A DNA stretch of 64,000 nucleotides from the NCBI RefSeq assembly GCF_006345805.1, contig NC_042997.1:140120001-140184000 (forward strand). Direction: 5' to 3'. The stretch comes from Octopus sinensis. Lineage: Eukaryota. Positions within the stretch are counted from its first letter, which is position 1. Each line of letters starts with the position of its first letter. The notes under the pieces were generated by a model that worked only from the letters and a program-made list of their open reading frames with translations, did no database searches and was not told the DNA's origin. Made by a program: the position numbers and the translations under genes. Below, one piece after another: positions 24,638 through 38,056 of the stretch.

Positions 24638-25254
24638 TTATGCAACAGGATTCTTTCATTTTCTGTCTACCAAATCCACTCACAAGGCTTTAGTCAGCCG
24701 AAGGCTACAGTAAAAGTCACTTGCCCAAAGTGTCACACAGTCAGACTGACCTCAGAACCCTGGAGCTGGGAAGCAAACTTCTTGCCACACAACTATACTT
24801 GTGCATATTTAATTCCCATTTTGATTTTTTGTCACTTAATACAAAGTTCTTAAAATTCCTAGCCTATAGTAACCATTTTGTAAAGCTGGTTAGTAAAAGT
24901 AGAATTGTGCCAGTGACAAATATTTTGTTATTTCAAGAAATACATGGGAAGTGAATCTGACAGTTTTTGTGAGTTAAATGATTGCAAAACTTGCTCTTCA
25001 GTGATGAAAATGTTTCACTTTCAACTCATCATTTCAAATCAAGTTACTTGTTTGACAAGTACAACATTAAAAGTTAATGAAGTTTTGCCAAAAACCTGAA
25101 TGTACAAGTTTCTCTATACAATATAAATTTACCCAAATTTATTAATTTATTTTAGATAACGTGAAGAGGAAAAGAATATTTTAATCTTTCTCTTTCCCTC
25201 TCTAGTCTCTCTCTCTCTCTCCATTATCACTATCCCTCATTTTGCATTGCATAT

Positions 25255-25485
25255 ATAGGTGAGCTGGCAGAAACGTTAGCACGCCGGGCGAAATGCGTAG
25301 CCGTATTTCGTCTGTCGTTACGTTGTGAGTTCAAATTCCACTGAGGTCAATTTTGCCTTTCATCCTTTCGGGGTTGATGAATAAAGTACCAGTTACGCAC
25401 TGGGGTCGATGTAATGGACTTAATCCCTTTGTCTGTCCGTGTTTGTCCCCTCTATGCTTAGCCCCTTATGGGCAATAAAGAAATA
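25255..25485 (+). mobile_element. SINE family B (tRNA head; central GCCTTTCATCCTTTCGGGGTCGATAAA..AGTACCAG domain)
   Basis: GAGCTGGCAGAAACGTTAGC A-box region and GAGTTCAAATTCC B-box; more than 20 related copies in the window. Confidence 0.85.
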
Positions 25486-26599
25486 TATATATAGGTGCAG
25501 GTTTGGCTGTGTGAGAAGAAGCTTGTTTCCCAATCACTGGTTCCAGGTTCAGTCCCACTGTTTAGCACTTCAGACAAGTGTCTTTTGCAGTAGACCTGGA
25601 CTGACCAAAGCCTTGTCCATGGATTTAGCAGACTGGTAGACAAAGACAGAAAGAAGCCTATTGTATATATTTTTTGTGTACATGTGTGTGTGTTTGTGTC
25701 TCCTTATCTTGACATTGCATGATAGTTGTAAATGAGTGTCACTGTCATACAAGCAGTGTCATTCATTTCCAATATTCTGTGAGAACATGTCTGGCAATGG
25801 GGAAATATTACTTTCCTTGGAAACCGGTAAGTGTTGGTGACAGGAAAGGCAACTGGCCATAGAAAATCTGCCTCAAATAAACACCATCCAATTCCTGCAA
25901 GCATAGAAAAGTGTACATTAAATGAGGATGACGACAACAATGATGATGATGATGGTTGTAGTAGTGATGGTGGTGGAGGTAGTGGTGATGATGATATACA
26001 TAAACGTGAACTTTCATATACAGACTATAAATAAAATATGAATACAAAATTCATTTTAAAGAATATATAACCGCGAAGTATTGAATTGTTAACACCAAGT
26101 ACAGTTTCAATTCATTGTCTTATTATTTTAGTAGGCTGACACTTTTTACTTGTAATGTCTACTTCATAGACTGTTACTAAAAAAAATAGGGTTTAAATAA
26201 AGAAAAATGTTCTTATCCTAAATAGTCCTTATGCACAGATAATTAATTGCTTGGTAGGAATTAATCGATATCATTGCAGAATAGTTGCTTGTACAGATTC
26301 AAATAAGTACCAGTTGAATATTGGGGTCGATGTAAACGACTGGCCCCACCTACTCCAAAATTGCTGGCCTTGTGTCAAAATTTGAAATTATTATCGTTAT
26401 TATTAAGGTGGCGAGCTGGCTGAATCATTAGCATGCCAGACAAGAGGTTTAGCGATATTCTGCCCGTTGCTCCATTCTGAGTTCAAATTCCACTGAGGCC
26501 GACTTTTGGGGTTGATAAAATAAGTACCAGGTGAACACAGGGGTCAATGTAATTGACTATCCTCTCCCCCAACATTGCTACCCTTGTGGCAAAATTTGA

Positions 26600-26925
26600 A
26601 ATTATTATTATTATTATTATTATGTTTTTTCCTTCTTTCTTCAAATTTTCTTCCGTTTCTTGCCGAGTGTTTTCCATACACCTAGGTCAGAGAAGGGCAT
26701 TGTATGCATTCCCAAATTACACGTGCAAATTCACAGATGAAATATGTATTTAAAAATTAATAAATAAATAAATTCATGGATGGATGTTATTTCCACAGTG
26801 ATAGTGCTCTTCTCAGTAGATGAGCCGTTCCAGTTAATATGATTTTTTGCACTTCCTGTAGGGATGGTAAGCCTGGAATCATTTTCAAATAGGTTTCAGT
26901 ACCTTTCTTTCTTTTTTTTTATAAT
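26600..26925 (-). mobile_element. 5'-truncated R4/Dong-like (restriction-like endonuclease) non-LTR retrotransposon end
   Basis: KGTETYLKMIPGLPSLQEVQKIILTGTAHLLRRALSLWK* matches the RLE C-terminus (QK..L.GTA.ILR); 3' UTR ends in (TAA)n. Confidence 0.7.
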
Positions 26926-26935
26926 TTAACCACTA

Positions 26936-26994
<59 letters not shown>

Positions 26995-28949
26995 CATTAT
27001 TATTATTACAATCATCATCATCATTGAGTTAGCAAGCTTGCAGGATTGTTAGCAGGACAGGTAAAATACTTGGCAGCATTTCATCTGTTCTTATGTCCTT
27101 ATCGTCAAAACACTACCACTACTGCTGCTTCTGCTAGTAATCAAGATAATAATGGTTTCTCATTTTGACACAAGGTTAGCAATTTTGAGGGAAGGTAAGA
27201 CAATTACATCAACCATCCCCCTCCCCTACTATTCAGCAGGTACTTATTTTATCAACCCTGAAAGGATGACGCAAAGTTGACCATGGCGGAATTTGAACTA
27301 AGAACATAAAGACAGACAAAATTCTGCCAAGTATTTTGCCTGGTGTACTTACAATTCTGCTTGCTTGCTGCTTTAATAATAATAATAATAATCCTTTCTA
27401 CTGGAAGCACAAAACCTCAAATTTGGGGGAAGGGATTAGGTTGATTACATCAACCCCAGTGCATAATTGGTACTTATTTAATCAACCCTGGAAGGCAAAG
27501 TCACCCTTGGTGGAATTTGAACTCAGAATGTAGCGATGAGTGAAATACTGCTAAGCATTTCATCCAGCGTGCTAACGACTCTGCCAGCTTGCCACCTTAA
27601 TACGAATAATAATAATGGTTTCAAATTTTGGCACACAGCTTGCAATTTTGGGAAAGGGGGCTAGTCGATTACATCAACCATAGTGCTTAACTGGTACTTA
27701 TTTTATTGACCCCAAAAGGATGAAAAGGCAAAGTTGACCTCAGTGGAATTTGAACTCAGAATGCAAAGACAGACGAAATTCCGCTAAGCACTTTGTCTAG
27801 CATGCTAACAATTCTGCCTGCTCACCACCTTCAATAACAATAATAATAATAATTTTGATGCAAGGCCAGTGATTCAAGGGGAGGGTATTTGCTAATACTG
27901 ATAACCCTAGCATTTGATTGATAGTTTATTTTATTGATCTTGAAAGGATAAAAAAGAAGTTGACCTCTATGAGATTTGAACTGAGAATGCAAAGAGCCGA
28001 AAAGCATCACAAGGAATTTTTTTTTTGGTACTCTAGTAATTCTGCCAGCTCACTGAATAATAGTCTCTAATTCAGGCACAAGGCTAGCAGTTCGCTGATA
28101 CCATCAACCCAAATACTTATCTGTTATCTTTTACTTGTTTCAGTCATTGGTGTGCAGCCATGCTGGAGCACTACCTTGAAGAGTTTAGTCAAACAAATTG
28201 ACTCCAGTGTTAATATTTTAAGCCTGGAACTCATTCTATAAGTCTTCTTTGCTGAACTGCCAAGTTCCAGAGACATAAACAAACAAAAACCAGTTGTCAA
28301 GCAGTGGAAGGTGGACAAACAGACACAAAAACACACATACATCTATATGCATAAATGATGAGCTTCTTTCAATTTTCATCAACCAAATACTCTCACAAGG
28401 TTTTGGGTTAGCTCAGATCTATAGTAGAGAACACTTGTTCAAGGTGCCACTCTGTAGGACTAAACCTGACAACATGTAGTTGGGAAGCAAACTTCTTACC
28501 GCACAGCCTCACCTGCACCTATTATATTTTATCAATCCTAAAGAGATGAAAGACAAAATTGTCCTCAATGAAACTTGAACTCAGAAGGAAAAGTGATAGA
28601 ACAAATGCCCCAAGACATTTTCATTTTTTCTGCAACACTAATGATTTTTCCAGTTTAATGGATTTTTTTTCTCTAGATACAAGGCCAGCAGTCTTGAGGA
28701 GAAGGTTAGTTGATTCCATCGACTCCAGACTGGTACTTTATTTCATTGTCTCCCAAAAGGATGAAAAGCAAAGTAAAGAGCTGACAGTAATACCAGAAAG
28801 CATTTTTTTTTAATGCTCTATCAAGACACAAGGCTACATGATTTTGTGGAAGAGTGTTGTTGATTAAGATCAACACCAGTCTTTCACTGATACTTATTTT
28901 ATCAATTCTGAAGGGAAAGTGTAGTTAATTAAGATTGACTGCAGTACTT

Positions 28950-29180
28950 AAGGCGGTGAGCTGGTAGAAATGTTAGCACACCAGGCAAAATGCTTAGTGG
29001 TATTTCGTCTACCACTATGTTCTGAGTTCAAATTCCACTGAGGTCGACTTTGCCTTTCATCCTTTTGGGGTAGATAAATTAAGTACCAGTTATGCACTAG
29101 GGTCGATGTAATCAACTTAATCCCTTTGTCTGTCCTTGTTTGTTCCCTCTATGTTTAGCCCTCTGTGGGCAATAAAGAAA
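28950..29180 (+). mobile_element. SINE-B with 20-bp TSD
   Basis: TAAGATTGACTGCAGTACTT at 28930-28949 and 29181-29200. Confidence 0.9.
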
Positions 29181-30279
29181 TAAGATTGACTGCAGTACTT
29201 GCTATTTCTAAGCATCAAAGGATGAAAGGTGCAATTGACTTTAGTGGGGTTTGATCTCAGAACAAAGAGTGATGCACCAAAATACTGTAAGGCATTTTGT
29301 TCAACACTATACTAATTTTATAATGCCACTACTGCTGCCTCTGTTACTACTACTATAGTTCTTTCTAATTTTGGCATAAGGCCAGCAATTTTGAAGGGAA
29401 GGATAAGTCAATTACACTGACCCCAATTACACTGACTCCAAAAGATGAAAGACAAAGTTAACCTTGGCAGTATTTGAACACAATGTAAAGAGCTGGAAGA
29501 AATACCCCTGAGCAATTTTTTTTTCTTGCTAACAATTCCACCAGCCTTAATGGTTTCAAATTTTGATACAGGACCAACAGTTTTGTGGGGAGATGTTTAG
29601 TTGATTTCATTGATCCTAGTACTCAAGTAATACTTCATTTTATTGACCCCAAAAGATAAAAGACAAAGTTGACCTCTGTGGGAGTTGAACCCATAACATG
29701 AAGAGATGAAAGAAATGTCACAAAGCATTTTGTCCACAGCACTAACAATTCTGCCAGCTCTACAGCAACAACGACCAGATTAATATTTTCAAATATAAGC
29801 ATAAGGCCACACATTTCTATTTATTGGCGCAAGGCCTGAAATTTTGAAGGAGGAGGAAAGTAAATTACATCGATACCAGTACTTGACTGGTACTTAATTT
29901 ATCAACCCCGAAAGGATGGAAGACAAAGTCAGCCATAGCAGAATTTGAACATTGAATGTAAAGATGAACAAAATACTGCCAGCTCACTGCCTTAAGCGTT
30001 CTATTAATAATGGTTTTATTATTGGTGCCTGGCTACAAATTGTGGAGAGGATACACTCAATTAAAAATACACTAGTACTTAATTATTACTTAACTTGGTA
30101 CAGGATGGTTCTCTTAAACCCAGTAATCTCAGGACCTGGCCATCACCAGACCATGGGGAAATGCCAGAAAATTGAAATTTTTCTTTAAGGGGAGTTCCTA
30201 CATAAATGTAATCTTGCTGTCCTATTTCACATAAAGATATCTTACCAAAGCTTACAACAAGAAATAATACAACTAATAA

Positions 30280-32636
30280 CACTGGTCAACAAGTATTTTT
30301 CATCAAGCATATGTGAAGGAGTAATTAGTGTAATTTTTAATGCTGATTTCAAATATACAATTAGGTTTTTGACATCACGTACAGTTTTCAAGATGAAAAA
30401 GTTTTTTTGTTCTAGCTCATGCATTAAATAGAAATTCCAATAAATGATGTGTATGCATGTATTTCATTTACATCATGGAAACGCATCTTTAAAATAAACT
30501 ACATTATTCATTGCTGCATAGGCCAGATGCAATATTTCATCGTCTTAAATTAGCCAATTAAGTTTTGTCTGATGAAATAGCTATTTCAACTTCTCAAATT
30601 GTTCAGTCATAATTAGTCTGATGAAATATTTCATCATCTCAAATTCAATATAAATATAATCGTTTGTATCTATTTCCTTGCTTGTTTTACTGTATCAACA
30701 ATGTCAAGACAGTGTAGAAATCCTCCTGATATGTTTTGTTATGTCTGTGGACAATTTATTGTGAAAGCTCAAAAACGTACAATAACACCAGAGATCAAGA
30801 TTTATATGCAATACTTTGACTGTCCTCTTGGAAATCAGGACAAGTCATGGGCACCACATTTTATCTGCTCATCTTGCTCAAATGGCTTACGTGACTGGTT
30901 CAATAGTAAGTCCATGCCTTTTGCCATTCTAGTGATATGGAGGGAGCCAAAAGACCATTTTAATGGCTGTTATTTTTGCAAAGTAAATGTCACAGGATTT
31001 TCTATGAAGAATAAACACAAGATTGTGTATCCCAATTTGGATTCTGCAGTGAGACCTGTGTCTCACAATGGAAGTTTGCCAATTCCAGTTCCACCAGACG
31101 ATAGTATTGAAACATCAGATGATGATTCTGACTGTCACAATAGTACTGCTGAGGGAGATAACGTGGCTGATGATGATAGCTTTGAACCTCAGAAATTTTC
31201 CCAAATTAAACTGAATGACCTTGTCAGAGACCTATCCCTCCCAAAAGATAAAGCAGAACTGTTGGCATCAAGACTGAAGAAGTATCTGCTAGAGCACAGT
31301 GTTAGTATAACTTATTTTTGGCAGAGAAATGTGGTTCTACAAACATGTTTTTCTGTTAAAGGTCCACTTTGCTTTTGCAGTAACATCAATGGAATTTTTG
31401 AATGTTTATCACAAAATCATGAGACTGAAGGGTGTTTGTTTATTGACTCTTCAAAACGAATGTTAAAAGCTGTACTTCTCCGTAATGGTAATTTGAAGCC
31501 TTCTATTCCTATTGCACACTCCATTTGTCTTCATGAATCATATGAGAATATGGAACTTTTATTTCACATCATTGCCTATGAAAGATGCTCATGGAAAATA
31601 TGTGGAGATTTATAAGTCATTGGAATGTTAATGGAAAAGTAGTCAAATTTCACAAAATACTGTTGTTTCTTGTGTCTATGGGATAGTCAGGCAACAGACA
31701 GATGTTATTTGGAATCAAACTGGCAGGCAAGAACATCATACCAGTTAGGGCTGTCAAGAATACACCTCTTGTAGGTCCATGTAATGTCTTATTGCCTCCT
31801 TTGCACATAAAGCTTGGACTGATGAAACAGTTTGTAAAGACACCAGGGAAGAGAATCGCCAGAGGGTTTGAGTATATTGCAGAAAAGTTTCCCAAAATCA
31901 CACAGGCAAAGTTGAAAGAGGATATCTTTGTTGGACCCCAAATTAGAGAAGTATTCAAAGATGTCAGCTTCAAGACAACACTGTATGAATTGGAACTGCC
32001 TGCCTGGAATGCTTTTAATTGGATCTGAGAGAATTTCTTGGGCAACAAGAAAGCAAGGACTACAAGGATGGCATCAAGAATCCTCTGAAATGTTACTCAG
32101 CAATGGGTTGTCATATGTCACTGAAAGTTCACCTCTTGAACTCCCATCTGGATTTCTTCACTGATAACCTTGGAGCAGTGCCTGATGAATATAGTGAAGG
32201 ATTTCACCAGGACATTAGTGCTATGGAGAAACAGTACCAAGGCTTCTGGAATGACAGTATGCTGGCTGACCACAGCTGGACACTTTACTGTGATCAACCA
32301 GATCAGGAATACTGCAAGAAATCCAAATCATAATGTTTCTAACTCTGTTGTTCTAACTTTGTCTGACCCATTTTTTGTGTATTCACTCTTTGTAGAATGA
32401 TAGGGATGATTTTTAACTCAATAAACTCATTTACTTTCCAAAAATAATATGTTCTTATTTATTACGCTAATGATTTCATATACACAAATATGTAAATATT
32501 TGCATGTATCTACTGAAAAACTGATACTTGCTGTTTATAAATGGAGGGAAATTTTGAAATCAGCATGAAAAATTAGTCTAATAAAGCTGGTTTGCATTCA
32601 TAATGAATATAATACATTTAATTTTGTTGACCGGTG
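30280..32636 (+). mobile_element. Chapaev3-like (CMC/Transib-related) DNA transposon, full length, inactive
   Basis: TAA|CACTGGTCAACAA ... TTGTTGACCGGTG|TAA (CAC/GTG termini, 3-bp TWA TSD); subterminal inverted ATTTTT.ATGCTGATTTCAAA; transposase 30701-32333. Confidence 0.8.
30701..32333 (+). pseudogene. Chapaev3-type DDE transposase pseudogene
   Basis: N-terminal C..NPPDMFCYVCG and CYFC zinc motifs, FIDSS, ICGDL*, CCFLCLWDS, LLPPLHIKLGLMKQFVK, IFVGPQIR, SLKVHLLNSHLDFF, DEYSEGFHQD. Stops at 31613 and about 31640 plus at least two frameshifts. Confidence 0.85.
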
Positions 32637-34403
32637 TAATGCTTGCAAACATCAAGTTCAAAATTCATGTATTTTAAAATTATTCATGAATTAAACAAAT
32701 AAGAAGTGTTAAATAGAATTAACATATCCAGAACTGGTTGTCCTCTTGTTATTTTGATAAAGCACTTTTGTTAACTCACGTCTTGTTATTCATTCTGGGT
32801 TACATCATTAACATTACATTCACTGAATTGAAATCCACTCCTTATTAGAAATCATGCCAATCTACAAGTTTATGACACATTGTCACATACATGTATAACT
32901 AAATATTCGACCACCAGACATAGCAACTATTTTAACCCAGCATTTTCAATGTTTCCTTTTCCATCAGTATTAGGTTTTTAACACATGATTTTTGGATTGA
33001 ACAGGTTCAGTCACATTTAGATATCCTAGGAATCAGAGCTGAACTGGCAAAAATGGCAGTTATTCAAGTTCTGTTGCTGATATGACAGAAGCCTTACAGA
33101 ACCTGTTACTTAAGCACTTGACTTATCTTGCTTGGCCAAACTGAATTACCTGATAAACAATTCTACTAACAACTTGTTCGGAAAGAAATGAGACAAGAAG
33201 CATTTCTAATTTCCCTATCAACTATTGCTACAGTTTAGAGTTAACACTTTCCGTGAAAATTTATTTTGAGAAATGCTTTTGTCATGACAGCTAGCTGATA
33301 TTTATCCTGCTTTGACTACTACAGATGAATTCCTTTTACCTAAGCCGGCAGTCCAAGCTGACAATTTTGTGGAAGTGCAAAATCTGATACTTGCTAGTTT
33401 TATTACCTTCATTTATAGGATACATTTATCAATTTGCTGGATCTTCTGGTCTCAAGTTGAGCCTAAATGATTGAAACCCTTGACATTCATTTCACCACAG
33501 ATTATTCTTATCCAGACAATCTTAATCTTAGTTGGTACAGTTTTAACTGAAAAGAATTACCAATGTAAAATTATCAATGAAAAGAATTATCCATCTTGCA
33601 AGGTCCCAGAAAATGATAAAACCAGAGAATAGATGAGGCAGCTCTTACCAGCAACCATTTCAAGTATCACATATTGTAAGGTAAATAATCAAAGAAAGAT
33701 TTCTTAGATAGTTGTGACTTTGATCGATGCATTAATTTTTCTTTGTTTTTTCAGCATTTATAATCAGAGTAGTTAATTCTCAAGGCAGTAAACTGATTCT
33801 CACTCAGTCAAAAATCTCAGTTTACTCCAAGTATTTGATTACACCACTTAAGGATAATTATCATTACATGTACTGTTTCTGATTATTCTGCTTTACATCT
33901 TCTTTTATGTGTTTCACTCATTGGACAGTGGCAATGCTGGAGTATTATCTTGAAGGGTTTTTATCAAGCAAATCAATCTCAATACTTATTTTCCTTTTTA
34001 ATTTTGGTACTTATTCTATCAGTCTCTTTTGCTGAACTACTTACTATGTTACAGGGGCATAAACAAACCAACACCATCAAACAGTGGTAGGGGTACAAAC
34101 ACAGACACAAACAAACATTTACATGCATATACAAAACAGGCTTCCACACTGTTTCCATCTACCAAATTCATTCACAAGGCATTGGTCAACCTGAGGCTAT
34201 AGCAGAAGACACTTGCCCAAAGTGCTATGCAGTGGAATTGAACCCAAAGACACATGGGTGCAAAGCAAGCTTCTAACCCATACTGCTATGCTTGCAGTAA
34301 ATGTTTTAACATATTTTAATCTTTTATCATTTGATAAAAGATATTGTATGACCAAATAATAAATTTATCCATTCACTGTGCTTCCTTGTATCAACAGTCT
34401 TCA

Positions 34404-34786
34404 AATAATGCATAGGTCATTGAGCAAAGATTTCCATATAAGCTAACTATACTACCTTTAGAGAGGAAGAATTAGGGAATATTCTTAATAAAGGATATTA
34501 GTAGCTACCAGTATTAGTAACTGCTAATACCCTTTATTAAAGATTTTTCTTAATTCTTCATCTCTGAAGATAGTTTGTTTGGCATCCATAGAAATTTTTG
34601 CTCAATGACCTATGGACCACATACACAGCTATTCTAGAAACTTCTGTAAGAGACTTTATTCATTAGTAGTTACTAATACTGGTAGCTACTAATATCATTT
34701 ATTAAGAATATTCCCTAATTCTTCCTCTCTAAAGGTAATATAGTTAGCTTATATGGAAATCTTTGCTCAATGACCTATGTATTATT
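34404..34786. repeat. Inverted repeat, ~125 bp arms, with an older third arm in the spacer
   Basis: 34404-34528 is the near-perfect reverse complement of 34662-34786; 34530-34612 is a diverged copy of the same arm. Confidence 0.85.
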
Positions 34787-35090
34787 TTTTAACTTCTTGA
34801 TTTCTTATTTATTCTAGCTACTCTGCAATTATGTTTGAATTATAAGTTACACACTCCAAAGTGATACCATGGGTTTTGCTTGTTCATTCTTTCTTTCTAA
34901 TCTACCCATTCAATGATGAACTACTTGTAGCCATCCTTTGCTAGGTGGCTTCAACACTACCTTTACTTTTGTTGCAGTGCAAGTCAGAGTTTTAGTGGTA
35001 AACCATCTCAAGCACTTAGTGTACATACTTATTACATTACATCATCAGATGGAATTATATATTATATATATATATATAATATATATATAT

Positions 35091-35297
35091 ATCTGTAAAT
35101 GTAATATGTAACAAATATTCGATAGCCAGATAAAACACTGAGTTTCAGATGCCGAGGTGGAAATCCACACCACCATCTTTTCAGTTATAACCTCAGAGAT
35201 AACTGAAGAGATGGTGGTGTGGATTTCCACCTCAGCATCCGAAACTCAGAGTTTTATCTTGGCTACCGAATAATTGTTACATATTACATTTACAGAT
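35091..35297. repeat. Penelope-like foldback (98 bp arms, 10 nt loop)
   Basis: 35091-35188 is the reverse complement of 35199-35297; loop AACCTCAGAG. Confidence 0.85.
35196..35260 (+). ncRNA. Type I hammerhead ribozyme motif
   Basis: Stem I (G)AGATAA/TTATCT(T); core CTGAAGA; stem II GATG...CATC with one bulged C; GAAA; stem III ACT-CAG-AGT; GUU triplet. Confidence 0.6.
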
Positions 35298-35669
35298 AAA
35301 TTCCTCTATTTACATAATATCAAGGTCTCTTTCTTTCTTTCGTTATCTTACTATTTTTACCAATATATATATATATAGTTATGTTATATCCCATTAGGAA
35401 GGCAGTAGAGTACAGTATAGAGCTCATCCACCTTCAGAATTACTGAGTAGTACCGGTGATAGTTTTATTATATACTTCCAAGTTTAAATTTGGGTATTCA
35501 TCATGTGTGAATATAATATTGAAGGAATTGAAGTCAATTGCTGCAATTGTTGCGTTGAAACAAGTGTAGCAAATAATAAACAAATGTCCAACTGTACTCT
35601 TTCTTCTTGACTCCAATTTCTTCAATTACATATATATATATATTATATATATATATAATATAATATTAT

Positions 35670-35702
<33 letters not shown>

Positions 35703-35896
35703 ATATATAATATATTATATTAGTATAAAATGAGATAGGGGTTGAAAATTCAACCCACCATGGGATAATATATATCCAATATACTGCTAGATAGGTACCC
35801 AACAAAATTAATACATAGATGTTAAAAATTGTCAAACAATCAGTTCATCTATTGCATTATATGGGTAAAGGTAATAATATTACCGTAATTAATACT

Positions 35897-37722
<1,826 letters not shown>

Positions 37723-37728
37723 AATGTG

Positions 37729-38056
37729 GTGAGGGCACGTGGCTTAGTGGTTAGGGCATTCGGCTCATGATCGTAAGGTTGTGAGTTCGATTCCGGCGAC
37801 GCGTTGTGTCCTTGAGCAAGACACTTTATTTCACGTTGCTCCAGTCCACTCAGCTGGCAAAAATGAGTTGTACTTGTATTTCAAAGGTCAGCCTTGTCAC
37901 TCTCTGTGTCACGCTGATTATCCCCGAGAACTACGTTAAGGGTACACGTGTCTGTGCAATGCTCAGCCATTTGCACGTTAATTTCACGAGCAAGCTGTTC
38001 CGTTGATCGTATCAGCTGGGACCCTCGTCGTCGTAACCGGCGGAGTCTTTTTTTAG
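37729..38056 (+). mobile_element. tRNA-derived CORE-type SINE family C with 11-bp TSD
   Basis: TGGCTTAGTGG, GAGTTCGATTCC, TGTCCTTGAGCAAGACACTT; TSD ATATAAATGTG at 37718-37728 and 38057-38067; decayed minus copy near 58010-58290. Confidence 0.85.

Larger units (their letters stand above)
26290..30010. repeat. Dense array of roughly 15 SINE-B units, mostly minus strand, separated by (AAT)n
   Basis: AATTTGAACTCAGAA, GTACTTATTTTAT.GACCCC and AAATTTTGG..CAAGGCCAGC recur at ~200 bp spacing. Confidence 0.8.

Noticed and set aside
30079-30282. ORF with a signal-peptide-like start
   Set aside because: Starts at a non-ATG codon at the Chapaev junction in a T-rich tract; no recognisable domain.
32980-33450. 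Possible decayed gag-like coding sequence (DFWIEQVQSHLDILGI...)
   Set aside because: Short frames with many stops; similarity too weak to call by eye.
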